Shown piece after piece: positions 27,325-38,898 of a stretch of DNA of 64,000 bases; position 1 is the first letter of the stretch, and each line of letters starts with the position of its first letter. Under the pieces are notes generated by a model that ran no database searches, was not told the origin of the DNA, and saw nothing but the letters and a program-made list of their open reading frames with translations. The stretch comes from Octopus sinensis (lineage: Eukaryota), in assembly GCF_006345805.1 (NCBI RefSeq), contig NC_042997.1, forward strand, positions 50,716,001 through 50,780,000. Reading direction: 5' to 3'. The position numbers were made by a program, and so were the translations under genes.

Positions 27325-27561
27325 GTATTAATAAAAGTATAACATCTCCATCCGTGAAGAATTTCACGTTATTGATATATCGCTAACACGAAGTACCGCA
27401 TATATAATAACCCCATACAGTTAACTCAGCAGGTTAGGAATAATATACGGTAGCCAGCCACAAGTAGCACAAGATCTTTTATGAGTGCACTGGTGGACAT
27501 CTGCCATATACAAAATACAAAGATATACAATATGTGTATACATATATATATATATATATAT

Positions 27562-27653
<92 letters not shown>

Positions 27654-27743
27654 TGTAATATAATGTAATCAGTAAGACTAAGCACGTGTCTGTCTTGACA
27701 CAGAGAGCTGGGGTTAGTCTTGCGGTTTGCATCTCGAGGACCG

Positions 27744-27819
27744 AATGTACTGATGAAGTCACGGACACTTGAATTATGCAAGTAATTCTTTTGTTAAGAC
27801 CGAAACCGAGGTATGCATT
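27744..27819 (+). ncRNA. type I hammerhead motif, array unit 1
   Basis: AATGTA-CTGATGA-AGTC..GACC-GAAA-CCGAGG-TA-TGCATT; predicted cut after 27813. Confidence 0.78.
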
Positions 27820-28287
27820 TAAGTCTGTTTTTTATTTAATTTTTCATATGTCCTGCCCGCCAAAAATGGTTCTGGTGTTCGCTGAATTCTTCCTCTAGAG
27901 AATTTCCCTTGTAGTTTGATCGTTGATGATCTTCTTCTAGCATTTTGCCGGCTACCTAGCAGGCCAGCCTGCCAATATACACATATATTTGAATTTTCTC
28001 TGACTCCTCAGATTTTTTGAATGCTGGACTATTGGTTTTAAATTGATATTAAAATTAATATTAATTTATCTCCCACAATATTTAAATATTTAAATAAATA
28101 CGTTCCCTAGTTGTAAGCACTACCCGCGGTGAATTATTCACTGCAGCCCTTCGCTTCAGGAGTTTCTTAGCGCGCCAGAACCAAGACATTTGAAATTTTA
28201 TTCCCGATGTAATCAGTAAGACTAAGCACGTGTCTGTCTTGACACAGAGAGCTGGGGTTAGTCTTGCGGTTTGTATCTCGAGGACCG

Positions 28288-28363
28288 AATGTACTGATGA
28301 AGTCACGGACACTTGAATTATGCAAGTAATTCTTTTGTTAAGACCGAAACCGAGGTATGCATT
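28288..28363 (+). ncRNA. type I hammerhead motif, array unit 2
   Basis: Identical to unit 1; predicted cut after 28357. Confidence 0.78.
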
Positions 28364-28833
28364 TAAGTCTGTTTTTTATTTAATTTTTCATATGTCCTGC
28401 CCGCCAAAAATGGTTCTGGTGTTCGCTGAATTCTTCCTCTAGAGAATTTCCCTTGTAGTTTGATCGTTGATGATCTTCTTCTAGCATTTTGGCCGGCTAC
28501 CTAGCAGGCCAGCCCTGCCAATATACACATATATTTGAATTTTCTCTGACTCCTCAGATTTTTTGAATGCTGGACTATTGGTTTTAAATTGATATTAAAA
28601 TTAATATTAATTTATCTCCCACAATATTTAAATATTTAAATAAATACGTTCCCTAGTTGTAAGCACTACCCGCGGTGAATTATTCACTGCAGCCCTTCGC
28701 TTCAGGAGTTTCTTAGCGCGCCAGAACCAAGACATTTGAAATTTTATTCCCGATGTAATCAGTAAGACTAAGCACGTGTCTGTCTTGACACAGAGAGCTG
28801 GGGTTAGTCTTGCGGTTTGTATCTCGAGGACCG

Positions 28834-28908
28834 AATGTACTGATGAGTCACGGACACTTGAATTATGCAAGTAATTCTTTTGTTAAGACCGAAACCGAGG
28901 TATGCATT
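28834..28908 (+). ncRNA. type I hammerhead motif, array unit 3
   Basis: One A fewer after the core (CTGATGA-GTC); predicted cut after 28902. Confidence 0.75.
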
Positions 28909-29067
28909 TAAGTCTGTTTTTTATTTAATTTTTCATATGTCCTGCCCGCCAAAAATGGTTCTGGTGTTCGCTGAATTCTTCCTCTAGAGAATTTCCCTTG
29001 TAGTTTGATCGTTGATGATCTTCTTCTAGCATTTTGCCGGCTACCTAGCAGGCCAGCCTGCCAATAT

Positions 29068-29122
<55 letters not shown>

Positions 29123-32024
29123 ATATATGTATATATATACCTGTTAACTCGTGACCGAAGAAGACCATCATTGACCATTGGCCGTGCAAAATATCCGTAA
29201 TGCCCGTACATGAAGTTATTGTGCCAGCAGTCAACTTCACCAGCGCCACCATACTTGACTAGGCATCGGGTAATCGCCTCACCGGCGATTGCACAGCCTA
29301 AAGCTTTTGGTGCAGCAAGCTTGCACAACTCCTCACAAACCCTTTCCGATCCACTGACATGATCTAAAGAGAAGCCAGGGCAATATATCCAATGCCAATG
29401 TGGGGCGCAGATTCAGGAATGTGGGAGCGCCAAGGTCTCGAGCAAAAAGCAAGGACCACCAAAATGTTCAATGCTATATTCTGCATATATGGTTATATAC
29501 CAGAGTAACCTTCTCGTAGAGACATGCTTTAGGGGACCTCACTTCCAGTGGCCATCCAGCAGGCCATACATCAATCCATGCAATTCCTAGATAGTCGTTG
29601 AGCCTAACTACGTTTATCCATCCTATTGACAGGTCTGACTTTTAGACCTTCTGGGTTTCTAGCAGTCTTCCTCAGAAGGAAAACCTAGTAGGGGGCGCCA
29701 GTTTGGGTGCTGACGTCTCGACCATGCAACAGGTTTTACTGGATTCTATGTCACCAGTAGCACTAATGAGAGCCCATACGAATGACCTGGCATTACTTAT
29801 ATATATACATATATTAGGGGTTCAGACCTATTGTGTGGAACCTTAGGCAAGTACTTTCTACTATAGCCGCGTTAACTAGCGGATCGGCAAAAAGGAACGA
29901 TACAATAAATACCAGGCATAAAATATAATGTACTGGGGTCGATTCGTTCGAATACAAATTCCTCAAGACGGTGCCCCATCATGGCCACAGTCTAATGGCT
30001 TAAACAAGTAACAGTTAAAAGATATATAGAGAGATTTCGTTATTTGGCCACGCAGGGTTGAACACAGAGGGAACAATGCAATATAGAAAGTTTCTTTTCA
30101 AAACCGGTCAATAAGGATCGTAAACGTTTTGGAGTGTGTACACAAATAGATAACGTTTTAACAACGGAAATTCACAAAGGGGGGAGAAAGTAAAGCACTA
30201 ACTAGAGTTATTCGTGGAAAGAAAAACCTACGAAAAATCCCTCGGTAACCTCACAAAAAGTAAACATGAGAACAAAGCCCCTTTCTCTTTTTGCTTTATA
30301 TGTTCATGCTCAAAGTGGTTTCGTCATTCATGCGTACCATCTTTGCTACATTCACCCACCTTTTGTTAAACTTTTCATTAGACAATACTTCCATACTATG
30401 AAGGGACACTTGCAAGAAGTAGTTTTACAGATTAGTTAGTGTATATGGAAGATCCCTTACTCCATTCCCAGACATGAAGAGACTTAGAAAAAGGAAGGCA
30501 GTCTGGTTTACTTCGCCATTCAATCTTTAGGTCCCATTAATTTAGTTAAGAGCTTCCAGATGCTAATTAAAAACAAAATTTCGAATAACCCATAGCTATC
30601 ATAAACTCTTTTATTTCTATAACATAAAGGCTAGCTACACTTGCCGAGATTATATCGTTTTCAACAGTACCCGCTAAAACAGAATCCATCATACTCATCC
30701 ATACAGTTTCCGTGCAATATTCCAATCTATGACTATCGAAATTCTATGTTCTGCCAACTGCCGATTAGAAAGATCCTGCTTCTCAAAGGATGTGGACTAT
30801 ACAGCCATTTTCTCACAATTTGATGGCTCGATGCGGTACTAAACGGGTACTACAGCCAATGTCTTTAGAGGAGATACACGTAACACATGTACTTTTCCAG
30901 GAGTGGTGCCTGGAAACACTCCACCTCTTTGTCCTACATAATCTGGAAACTCCGAAACCATCTAAATGACCCCTGCAACACCATATGAGCGAACTTGATA
31001 GGGCTCTGCCTCACTCAGCTGGAACTAGTAATTCTCCCTTTGTGAGAAACTGCACATACATCACGAATCCTAAGTGTCCATCAGCAGGAAAAAATGTTGC
31101 CCTGAGGTACACCCTCTCACTGAACTTCAACTTATCCTAGCATTGCTATATGTATGTAAAACGTGAACGACATATAGAAAACATCTTTAAAACATAGTAC
31201 GTTTTGAGAACAGTGATTATGTAGGGTCTATTCGACGTCCCATGTGCCAGATTCAGAAATGCTACTGCGTGTTCACATACCAAATGATAATGAAATAACA
31301 ACTAAAAAGGGATGGTCATACATTACGCTTCAAGGATAGTCAATTGCCAAAACAAGTAATTTATGATGAATGTTTAACTGAAGTAAGAAAGATTCCTGTA
31401 ACCTAAGCTAAGAAAATGGTATAATGATTGCCTGGAAGATGTGCTGAAGAGACGTAGCAATGAAATCAACGCATGAGGTCAAGCATCAAAAGAAAGTTTA
31501 CATGTTAATGGCATTAAACTGGTTGAGACCAAACGCTTAGCAAATGCCCAGTTGAAACGTGTTGCTGCTGCCACACCACTTTCTGATAGTAGCTGTAGAA
31601 CCGCTTTCAGAAAAGCGGTCAACGGAGTCCCTGGAATTAAAAGTCCATAATCACGTGTATCTTTCCAATATGGGTTTAAATAGTCGTGAAAGGCGTCAAT
31701 CTATTCATCAAGATGAACACCAATATAATATCCAGAGTGATTTTTAATATTGGATTTGCAACAAAGTATATTGCTCTTGTGCAGAAGGGTTAAATGACAA
31801 TATCATAGCACGGCATCAGAATAAGCAAATTCCTGCTGAGGCTGAAATCTTCCCTGGTTGTATAGGTTTACAAATAACAGGCTGGGATGAGAAGTTATCT
31901 AATATGTCAGCAATGCGAAGAATCGACGTCAGTGTCTAGGAGGTTATCATATTCCGACAACGATTGACTTCTACCCTATAAAGGAGACAGGTTTTCATTC
32001 AAATTTTGCTATAATGGTTTCAAG

Positions 32025-32229
32025 TTTTTGGCACAAGGCCAGCAGGTTTGGGGAAGAGCCTAAAATGATTGAATCGACCCCAGGGTTCAACTGGTACATA
32101 TTTTATCAACCCTGAACGGATGAAAGGCAAAGATGACCTTGATAGAATCTAAACTCAGAACATAAAGACAGACGAAATGCCGCTAAGCATTTTGCCCGGT
32201 GCACTAACGATTCTGCCAGCTCGCCGCCT
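32025..32229 (-). mobile_element. SINE family B (older subfamily)
   Basis: Reverse complement of the family B head and body. Confidence 0.82.
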
Positions 32230-32494
32230 AACTATTTTGAAGACACCTCTGTCTTTGAGTGTAATATTTTCGTTGGTGATTTTTCAAATCTCTAGAGAGA
32301 GAGAGAGACAAACTGACAGACAGCCAGACAGATAAGAAGAAGGAAAGGACAGAAAGTGAAAGAGACAATGAAACCGAAACGGTTGTAAATGAAAATACGA
32401 TGAGGACAGAGAAAATGAAAGAGAAAATCAGGGCTACATACATACATACATACATACATACATACATACATACATACATACATACATACATACA

Positions 32495-33600
32495 CTAGGG
32501 TAATCACTTTTTGAAATTTTTCTGAAATTCAACATGGCCAGGGTGACTTGCTACGAGAAATGATGAGAAAACAGTGACTAGCAGTTCCTTTTTCAAACAT
32601 TTCAAAAACCTCCACCACCAACTAATATTTCTATTTTCAAATGCGTCACGCTTGCATTGCTTTAGTCAAACTCACATTGCGTTCAGCATTAGTGCTTCTT
32701 ACTATTTTATTTGATTTAAAGGAGTTTATGATTGAAGTTACTTCCTGGCGAAATGCAAATAATGATATATACAATAGTAAAAGTTGTTTCACATCTTGAG
32801 GAGTATTATTTGTTGTTGAGATGATCCATGAATGCAGTATTCTTTCTGTTACAGATATTAAAATATATTGCTTTAATCAGTGAAATAAAAGCATCAATCA
32901 TGTCATTTAAGCAGTCAAGTCAAGCGGTTGCAGGAAACAAGAAAAAGTGGCAAAAAAATATAACTAACTTTGAAAAGTCTATTAAAAAGCAAAGAATAAT
33001 ACCGAATGCGGAACATGAGTTGACTGAACTAACAAGAATCCCCAGAAATTCCAGCATCATCAGAAGGTATAATGCATTAGCAAAAGTTTTTAAAAATCCA
33101 AACATGCAAGAAATCAGCTCATTGCTCAGGAACTAGAGAATCTATATATATAAAAAATTTGATTTTCTGTATATAATATTAAAGTACGTTGTAAGAAAAG
33201 TAAATACTCTGTTGACAAGGTACGATACCCATTTGAAACGTCCGAAACCAAGTCCAAATGTTGAAGATCTGTTTGACATTACTAATCAACATGTCAGCTG
33301 GTTATCTAAAGAAGACAAAGACTTTTACAGTTCAGAAATTCAAAGTGGCGGTATAACCAGCTACACCACATCCCGGTTAGCTATGGTTCATCCTTCAAAG
33401 CGAACATCTTCCTCGTCAAGAGTGTCAGCTTCAACTTCCCAAGCGTTTCTTCCATATGCTGAAGCAAGTAAAATAACGAGCCTAACAAATTCTCAAATAT
33501 TACACAAATTTTTTTGTATACATTGATGTCACTAATATGTACCCATCTTATTGCAGATACATCATAATTAGAAGCCCCTACTTCTGATTCTGCAAATAAA
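32495..33600 (+). mobile_element. decayed DNA transposon 5' part (possibly hATm-like)
   Basis: Starts TAGGGTAATCAC after the (CATA)n. ORF fragments include VEDLFDI...WLSKEDKDFY...HPSKR. The family call is from memory only. Confidence 0.3.
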
Positions 33601-33606
33601 GTCACA

Positions 33607-33719
33607 TACATGTATGTATGTATGTATGTATGTATGTATGTATGTATTATGTATGTATGTATGTATGTATGTATGTATGTATGTATGTATGTATGTATGT
33701 ATGTATGTATGTATGCATG

Positions 33720-33751
<32 letters not shown>

Positions 33752-33901
33752 TGTATGTATGAATGTATGTGTGTGTATGTATGTATGTATGTATGTATGT
33801 ATGTATATATATGTATGCATGTATGTGTGCATGTATGTATGTATGTATGTATTAATGTATGTATGTGTGTATGTATGTATGTATGTACGTATGTATGTAT
33901 G

Positions 33902-33932
<31 letters not shown>

Positions 33933-34139
33933 ATGTGTATGCATGTATGTGTGTATGTATGTATTTATGTGTGTATGTATGTATGTATGTATGCATGCAT
34001 GTATATATATGTATGTATGTATATGTATGTATGTATGTATGTATGTGTGTGTGTATGTATGCATGTATGTATGTATATATATGTATGTATGTATATATGT
34101 ATGTATGTATGTATGTATGCATGTGTGTATGTATGTATG

Positions 34140-34173
<34 letters not shown>

Positions 34174-34507
34174 TGTATGTATGAATGTATGTATGTGTGT
34201 ATGTATGTATGTATGTATGTATATATATGTATGTATGTATATATGTATGTATGTATGTACGTATGTATGTATGTATGTATGAATGTATGTATGTGTGTAT
34301 GTATGTATGTTTGTATGTATGTATGTATGTATGTATATATATGTATGCATGTATGTGTGCATGTATGTATGTATGTATGTATGTATGTACGTATGTATGT
34401 ATATATATGTATGTATGTATATATATGTATGCATGTATGTGTGTATGTATGTATGTATGTATGTATGTATGTATGTATGTATGTATGTTGTATGTATGTA
34501 TGTGTGT
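33607..34507. repeat. (TATG)n degenerate satellite
   Basis: Direct reading. Confidence 0.95.
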
Positions 34508-34549
34508 GGAATCCCTAGTTTGACTAAGCTTATTTATTGCGCACGTGTG

Positions 34550-35900
34550 TATTAAATTGGTTTTAATTAGCGGTGAGTTTCAGTCACCGGCGGTATAAGT
34601 GAAAGAGGATAACTCTAACTTAAGGTGAAAAGGGAGCTAACTCAAACCGGATTATTTACACTAGGGTGGGTGGTTTAAAATTATATTAAGTTTAGGCAGT
34701 TCATAGTGATAAAAGGGGGTCCTATGTAGTTGTAAAGTAAATTATTATGGAATGTGGAGGGCGAGTAGGATTGGTTCGTGACTGTTTATGTGTAAGTGGT
34801 TAAGGCTGTTCCCAGCTAATTAGACTTATATAGATGAATATAGTAGTGTGGGATTTGTACAGGGTCCTACTATTTTACAGATACTTCGCAAAGACACAGA
34901 GGACTACATGAAGACAAAAAATGTTGTTCTCAAATTTCCTATTGAAGAGGGGTTGTTTAGCCCTTATGCTAGCTAGTTATTCTGATAAACAGAGATTACA
35001 TCGTCTATTGGCGGTGAGGTTGTTTTTGCGAGTATACGTCAGTTTAAGCTGCAATCTATTTTTTTATCTTTAAGTTCCCAAATATATCTACTGAGCCCAG
35101 TAGAATTAGCCTTACTCCTATTTCTGAATCTAGATTGGTGTGCGTTATATCTAAGAATCATTTGGTTTTTAGTGGTGCCTATATATGATTTTATCAGACT
35201 ATTTGTGTGCACGTCACATTGGCAAAATACGTTATTTGTCTTACATCAATTTGAGAAATGGCACTTTGTTCTGTCCCTGCAGCCACATAAATTATTACAT
35301 ATATCTGTGTTCGTGTTATGTCGTGTGTGTGTGGGGGGGGGGGGCTATCACTGTTCAGGTCTATATCCAAGTTAGTAGGAGGCGCTACATTAGTTCTATT
35401 ATATGGTTGGTTATTATTTTTATTGTTCAGAATTTTTTTAGTTTCATATAATTTCTCTAGTTTTTTTATTATTTATTGAGGCTATGATTGCAGCTAAGTT
35501 ATTAGTCGGGCTGTGGCCTACTCTAATTTTATGCCAAAATAATTCTGCGTATTTATTATTAACGTTTAGGTGTTTATCTATGATTTTCATTAATGAGCGA
35601 ACTATGTGTGATTTGAGGTGCATGGTGTAGGGGATTACGAGCCAGATTTTATCACTAGTTTGTTTATTTTTTATTGTTTTTTTTCTAGTATAGAAGCTAC
35701 CCTCCTTGTTTGTGAGTCGCGTGAAGTTACGGTAATGGCTATCTTGCTTATTTCCATAGAAGGGTTTCACTTTCTTGTTACTTTTGTCTGTTCTATTTGT
35801 GTTGTTTGTGTAGGGTTTATGTGAACTAGATGGCATGGTTTTCTTGCTATTAACAGGATTCATATTGATTCTTTGAGGCGCTTTAGCTTTATTCATACCG
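34550..35900 (-). mobile_element. Penelope-like element 3' fragment (linker + GIY-YIG endonuclease + 3' UTR)
   Basis: ORF 35444-35896 has IWLVIPY...KIIDKHL...IRVGHSPTNNLAAII. Downstream on the minus strand: CGCRDRTKC...SYIGTT...RYNAH...NSTGLSRYIWELK...CNLCLSE, with stops. Same type as 43236-45510. Confidence 0.8.
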
Positions 35901-36019
35901 ATGTGTAGGTTTTTATTATTCCCTAAACCATGCTCGTAATCTCCTACACCACCTGGAAGAATTTTAGTGGAACATATCGACCCTAGAACATTTTGTCATT
36001 TTTTGAATCCTAGCACTCG

Positions 36020-36324
36020 TTCTCTCAGCCTCTTTTGCCGAACTTTTAAGTTACTGGGGCGTAAACAGACCGTCACCGGTTAACAAGCGCTGGTGGGGAA
36101 CAAAAACAAACACAGATATACACATACATAGATATACACATACACACATATATATATAAATACGATGGGCTTCTTTCAGTTTCCGTCAACCAAATCCATT
36201 CGCAAGTCTTTGGTCGGCCTGAGGCTATGATAGAAGACACTTGCCCAAGGTACCACGCAATGGTACTGAACCTGGAACCATGTGGTTGGGAAGCAAGCTT
36301 CTTACCACATACCCACTCCTGCGC
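36020..36324 (-). mobile_element. SINE family A, diverged copy
   Basis: Family A head and body on the minus strand. Confidence 0.8.
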
Positions 36325-36708
36325 ATTGTAACGTTGTGGAGAGGTGGTTAGTTGATTGCATCGAGACTGGAACCGAAACTCACACGCACATACACACACA
36401 AACACTCACACGCACATACACACACAAACACTCACACGCACATACACACACAAACACTCACACGCACATACACACACAAACACTCACACGCACATACACA
36501 AGAAGAGAGAGAGAGAGCTTTGTGTGTTCGCAATCTGATTGTCAACGTACGAAACTCTAGAACCTTGAGTCACTCTGTTGCCTCTATTGAATATTGATAA
36601 AAATATACATATACTCATATTTTGAGGTGTACTTTTCCTGTTTGTTCCACTATATATGTATGTTTATATGTATCATTATGTGCTTGTGTGTGTGTGTCTG
36701 TCTGTCTG

Positions 36709-36737
<29 letters not shown>

Positions 36738-36745
<8 letters not shown>

Positions 36746-37135
36746 CGGTGTGTGGAAAGAAGCTTGCTTCCCAACCACATGGTTCTGAGTTCAGTTCCAC
36801 TGCGTGACACATTGCGCAAGTGTCTTCTGCTATAGACTCGGGCCAACCAGAGCCTTGTAAATGGATTTGGTAGACGGAAAATAAATTGAACTTGTCGTGT
36901 ATATATGTGTGTGTGAGTGTGTGTGCATATTTATATGTGTATGTGTCTTTGTGTTTGTCTTTGCACCCCCACCATCACTTGACAACAGATGTTGGTGCTC
37001 TTACGTCACCGTGACTTAGCGGTTCGGCAAAAGACTTGTTGAATGAATTCTGGGGTCGATTTATTCGGTTAAAATCCTTTCAAAGTGGTGTTCCAGCATG
37101 GCCGCAGTTAAATGATTAAAACAAATGAGAACAAA
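36738..37135 (+). mobile_element. SINE family A, diverged copy
   Basis: Family A head and body on the plus strand. Confidence 0.8.
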
Positions 37136-37308
37136 AAGAATATAGTCAAACGCAGGTAAGCGCACGTGCTCGCAACTCTGTTTTCCATTACTTGCGTCAA
37201 CGCCATTCATGTATTTTGTCAGGTAACGAGGATATATAGAGAGACTATGATATACATGCATGCATACATACAAAAAAAAACTCATACAGACATACATACA
37301 TGTACGTA

Positions 37309-38585
37309 CGAGGGGCGTTCAATAAGTAATGCCTCTGACCCACTTGCCGTTGTTTGATCTAGCTGAAATTTTGCATGTGCAATTATTTATATCTCTATAG
37401 ATTAAGTGGCAAATTACAGCTCTGAACTAATTGTGGTTTCTGATTTACAGGTGTTTGAACTGAGTCAAGTGGGAAATGGAGCCTGTTGAGTGTCGAGCAG
37501 CGATCCGGTTTTTGTATTTGAAAGGACGCACACCACGGGAGACTTTTGATGAAATGAAAGTAACTTATGGTGATGATGCCCCATCATATGACCTTGTAAA
37601 ACGCTGGCATCGTAAATTCAAACATGGTCGGAACTCTGTGGAAACAGCTCCCAGATCTGGTCGCACCCCTTCTGCCATTGATGAGGCATCTGTCTGTCAA
37701 GTTGAGGCTGCCATTTTGGAAGATCGACGCATAGCTATTCGCCAAATAGCCCATGAGGTCAAGATTAGTACCGGGTCTGTGGAAGCTATCATTCATGACC
37801 ATTTGCATATGCAAAAGGTGTCTGCCAGATGGATTCCCAGGCTGCTCACACTTTTCCAGAAGCAAGAACCCGTCGAGTGCTCGAGGATGAATTTAGGGAT
37901 GTGCCAAGAAGATGAGTCAAAAGTTTTCAAAAGACTGATTACACAGGATGAGACCTGGGTCCATCACAAAGCCCAGTCAGTGCAGTGGAAGCACCATGAC
38001 TCACCTCCTCCAAAGAAGGCAAAGGTGCAGCCCTCCGCTGGCAAGGTCATGCTCACAGTCTTCTGGGACCAAGACAGAGTAGTGATGACAGATTTCCTGG
38101 CAAAGGGTACCATAATTACAGGAGCCTATCATGCTTCACTTTTGAGGAAATTAAGAGAAGCTATCAAAACCAAGAGGCGGGGCAAGATCAGCAAAGGCAT
38201 CCTCCTCCTGCAGGACAACACTCCGGTCCACAACTCGCGTCTCGCCAGATCAGAAGCACAGGCGTGCGGCTATGAACTCTTCCCCCATCCCCCTACTCTC
38301 CTGACCTTGCACCCTCTGATTTTCACCTTTTGCCAGCCATGAAGTTGTTTTTAAAAGGAAAGCGTTTCCCAGATGATGCAGCCTTGATTTCTGAAGTCAC
38401 GTCGCGGTTGGAGGACCAAGCTGGGGTCTTCTACGAAAACGGTCTCCAGACCTGCATCAAACGATGGGAGAAATGCGTAACTCTGAGTTGTTCCTATGCT
38501 GAAAAAGACTAATACCTGTGCCAAGTTTCGTTGCTCTACTGCTATGGGAAGTGGGTCAGGGGCATTACTTATTGAACGCCCCTCG
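37309..38585 (+). mobile_element. mariner DNA transposon, copy 2 (1277 bp, TA target duplication)
   Basis: TIRs CGAGGGGCGTTCAATAAGTAATGCC; TA at 37307-37308 and 38586-38587; colinear with copy 1. Confidence 0.97.
37476..38512 (+). pseudogene. mariner DD34D transposase, nearly intact
   Basis: 288-codon ORF, then a frameshift near 38295. Has an in-frame 15-bp deletion of YDPET relative to copy 1. Confidence 0.93.
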
Positions 38586-38631
38586 TATATATGTGTATCC
38601 ACACATTTTTCTACAATATATATGTATATAG

Positions 38632-38724
<93 letters not shown>

Positions 38725-38726
38725 TA

Positions 38727-38783
<57 letters not shown>

Positions 38784-38898
38784 ATATATATCTATATATC
38801 TATATACATATATATCTATATATCTATATACATATATATTGTAGAAAAATGTGTGGATACACATATATACGACGGGCGTTCAATAAGTAATGCCCCTG
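38557..38898. repeat. inverted duplication (~80-bp arms) of the mariner right end plus flank, around a (TA)n tract
   Basis: 38557-38636 is the reverse complement of ~38815-38898, with one mismatch in the TIR part. Confidence 0.9.

Larger units (their letters stand above)
27663..29069 (+). repeat. tandem array of ~2.6 near-identical 544-546-bp units, one HHR per unit
   Basis: Unit start ATGTAATCAGTAAGACT at 27663, 28207 and 28753; flanked by (TA)n / (CA)(TA)n. Confidence 0.95.

Noticed and set aside
27663-29069. CRISPR-like or protein-coding repeat interpretation (76-115-aa minus-strand ORFs)
   Set aside because: Whole units are repeated with no unique spacers, the context is eukaryotic, and the short ORFs have no recognisable motif.
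29140-31150. Moderately GC-rich stretches that look like old LINE fragments
   Set aside because: No diagnostic motif could be read reliably, so no family call is made.
35040-35270. In-frame TGA codons in the GIY-YIG remnant as possible selenocysteine recoding (known for some Naiad PLEs)
   Set aside because: The TGAs fall at non-Cys consensus positions (one at a conserved Trp), a TAA stop is also present, and no SECIS was recognised. Ordinary decay is simpler.
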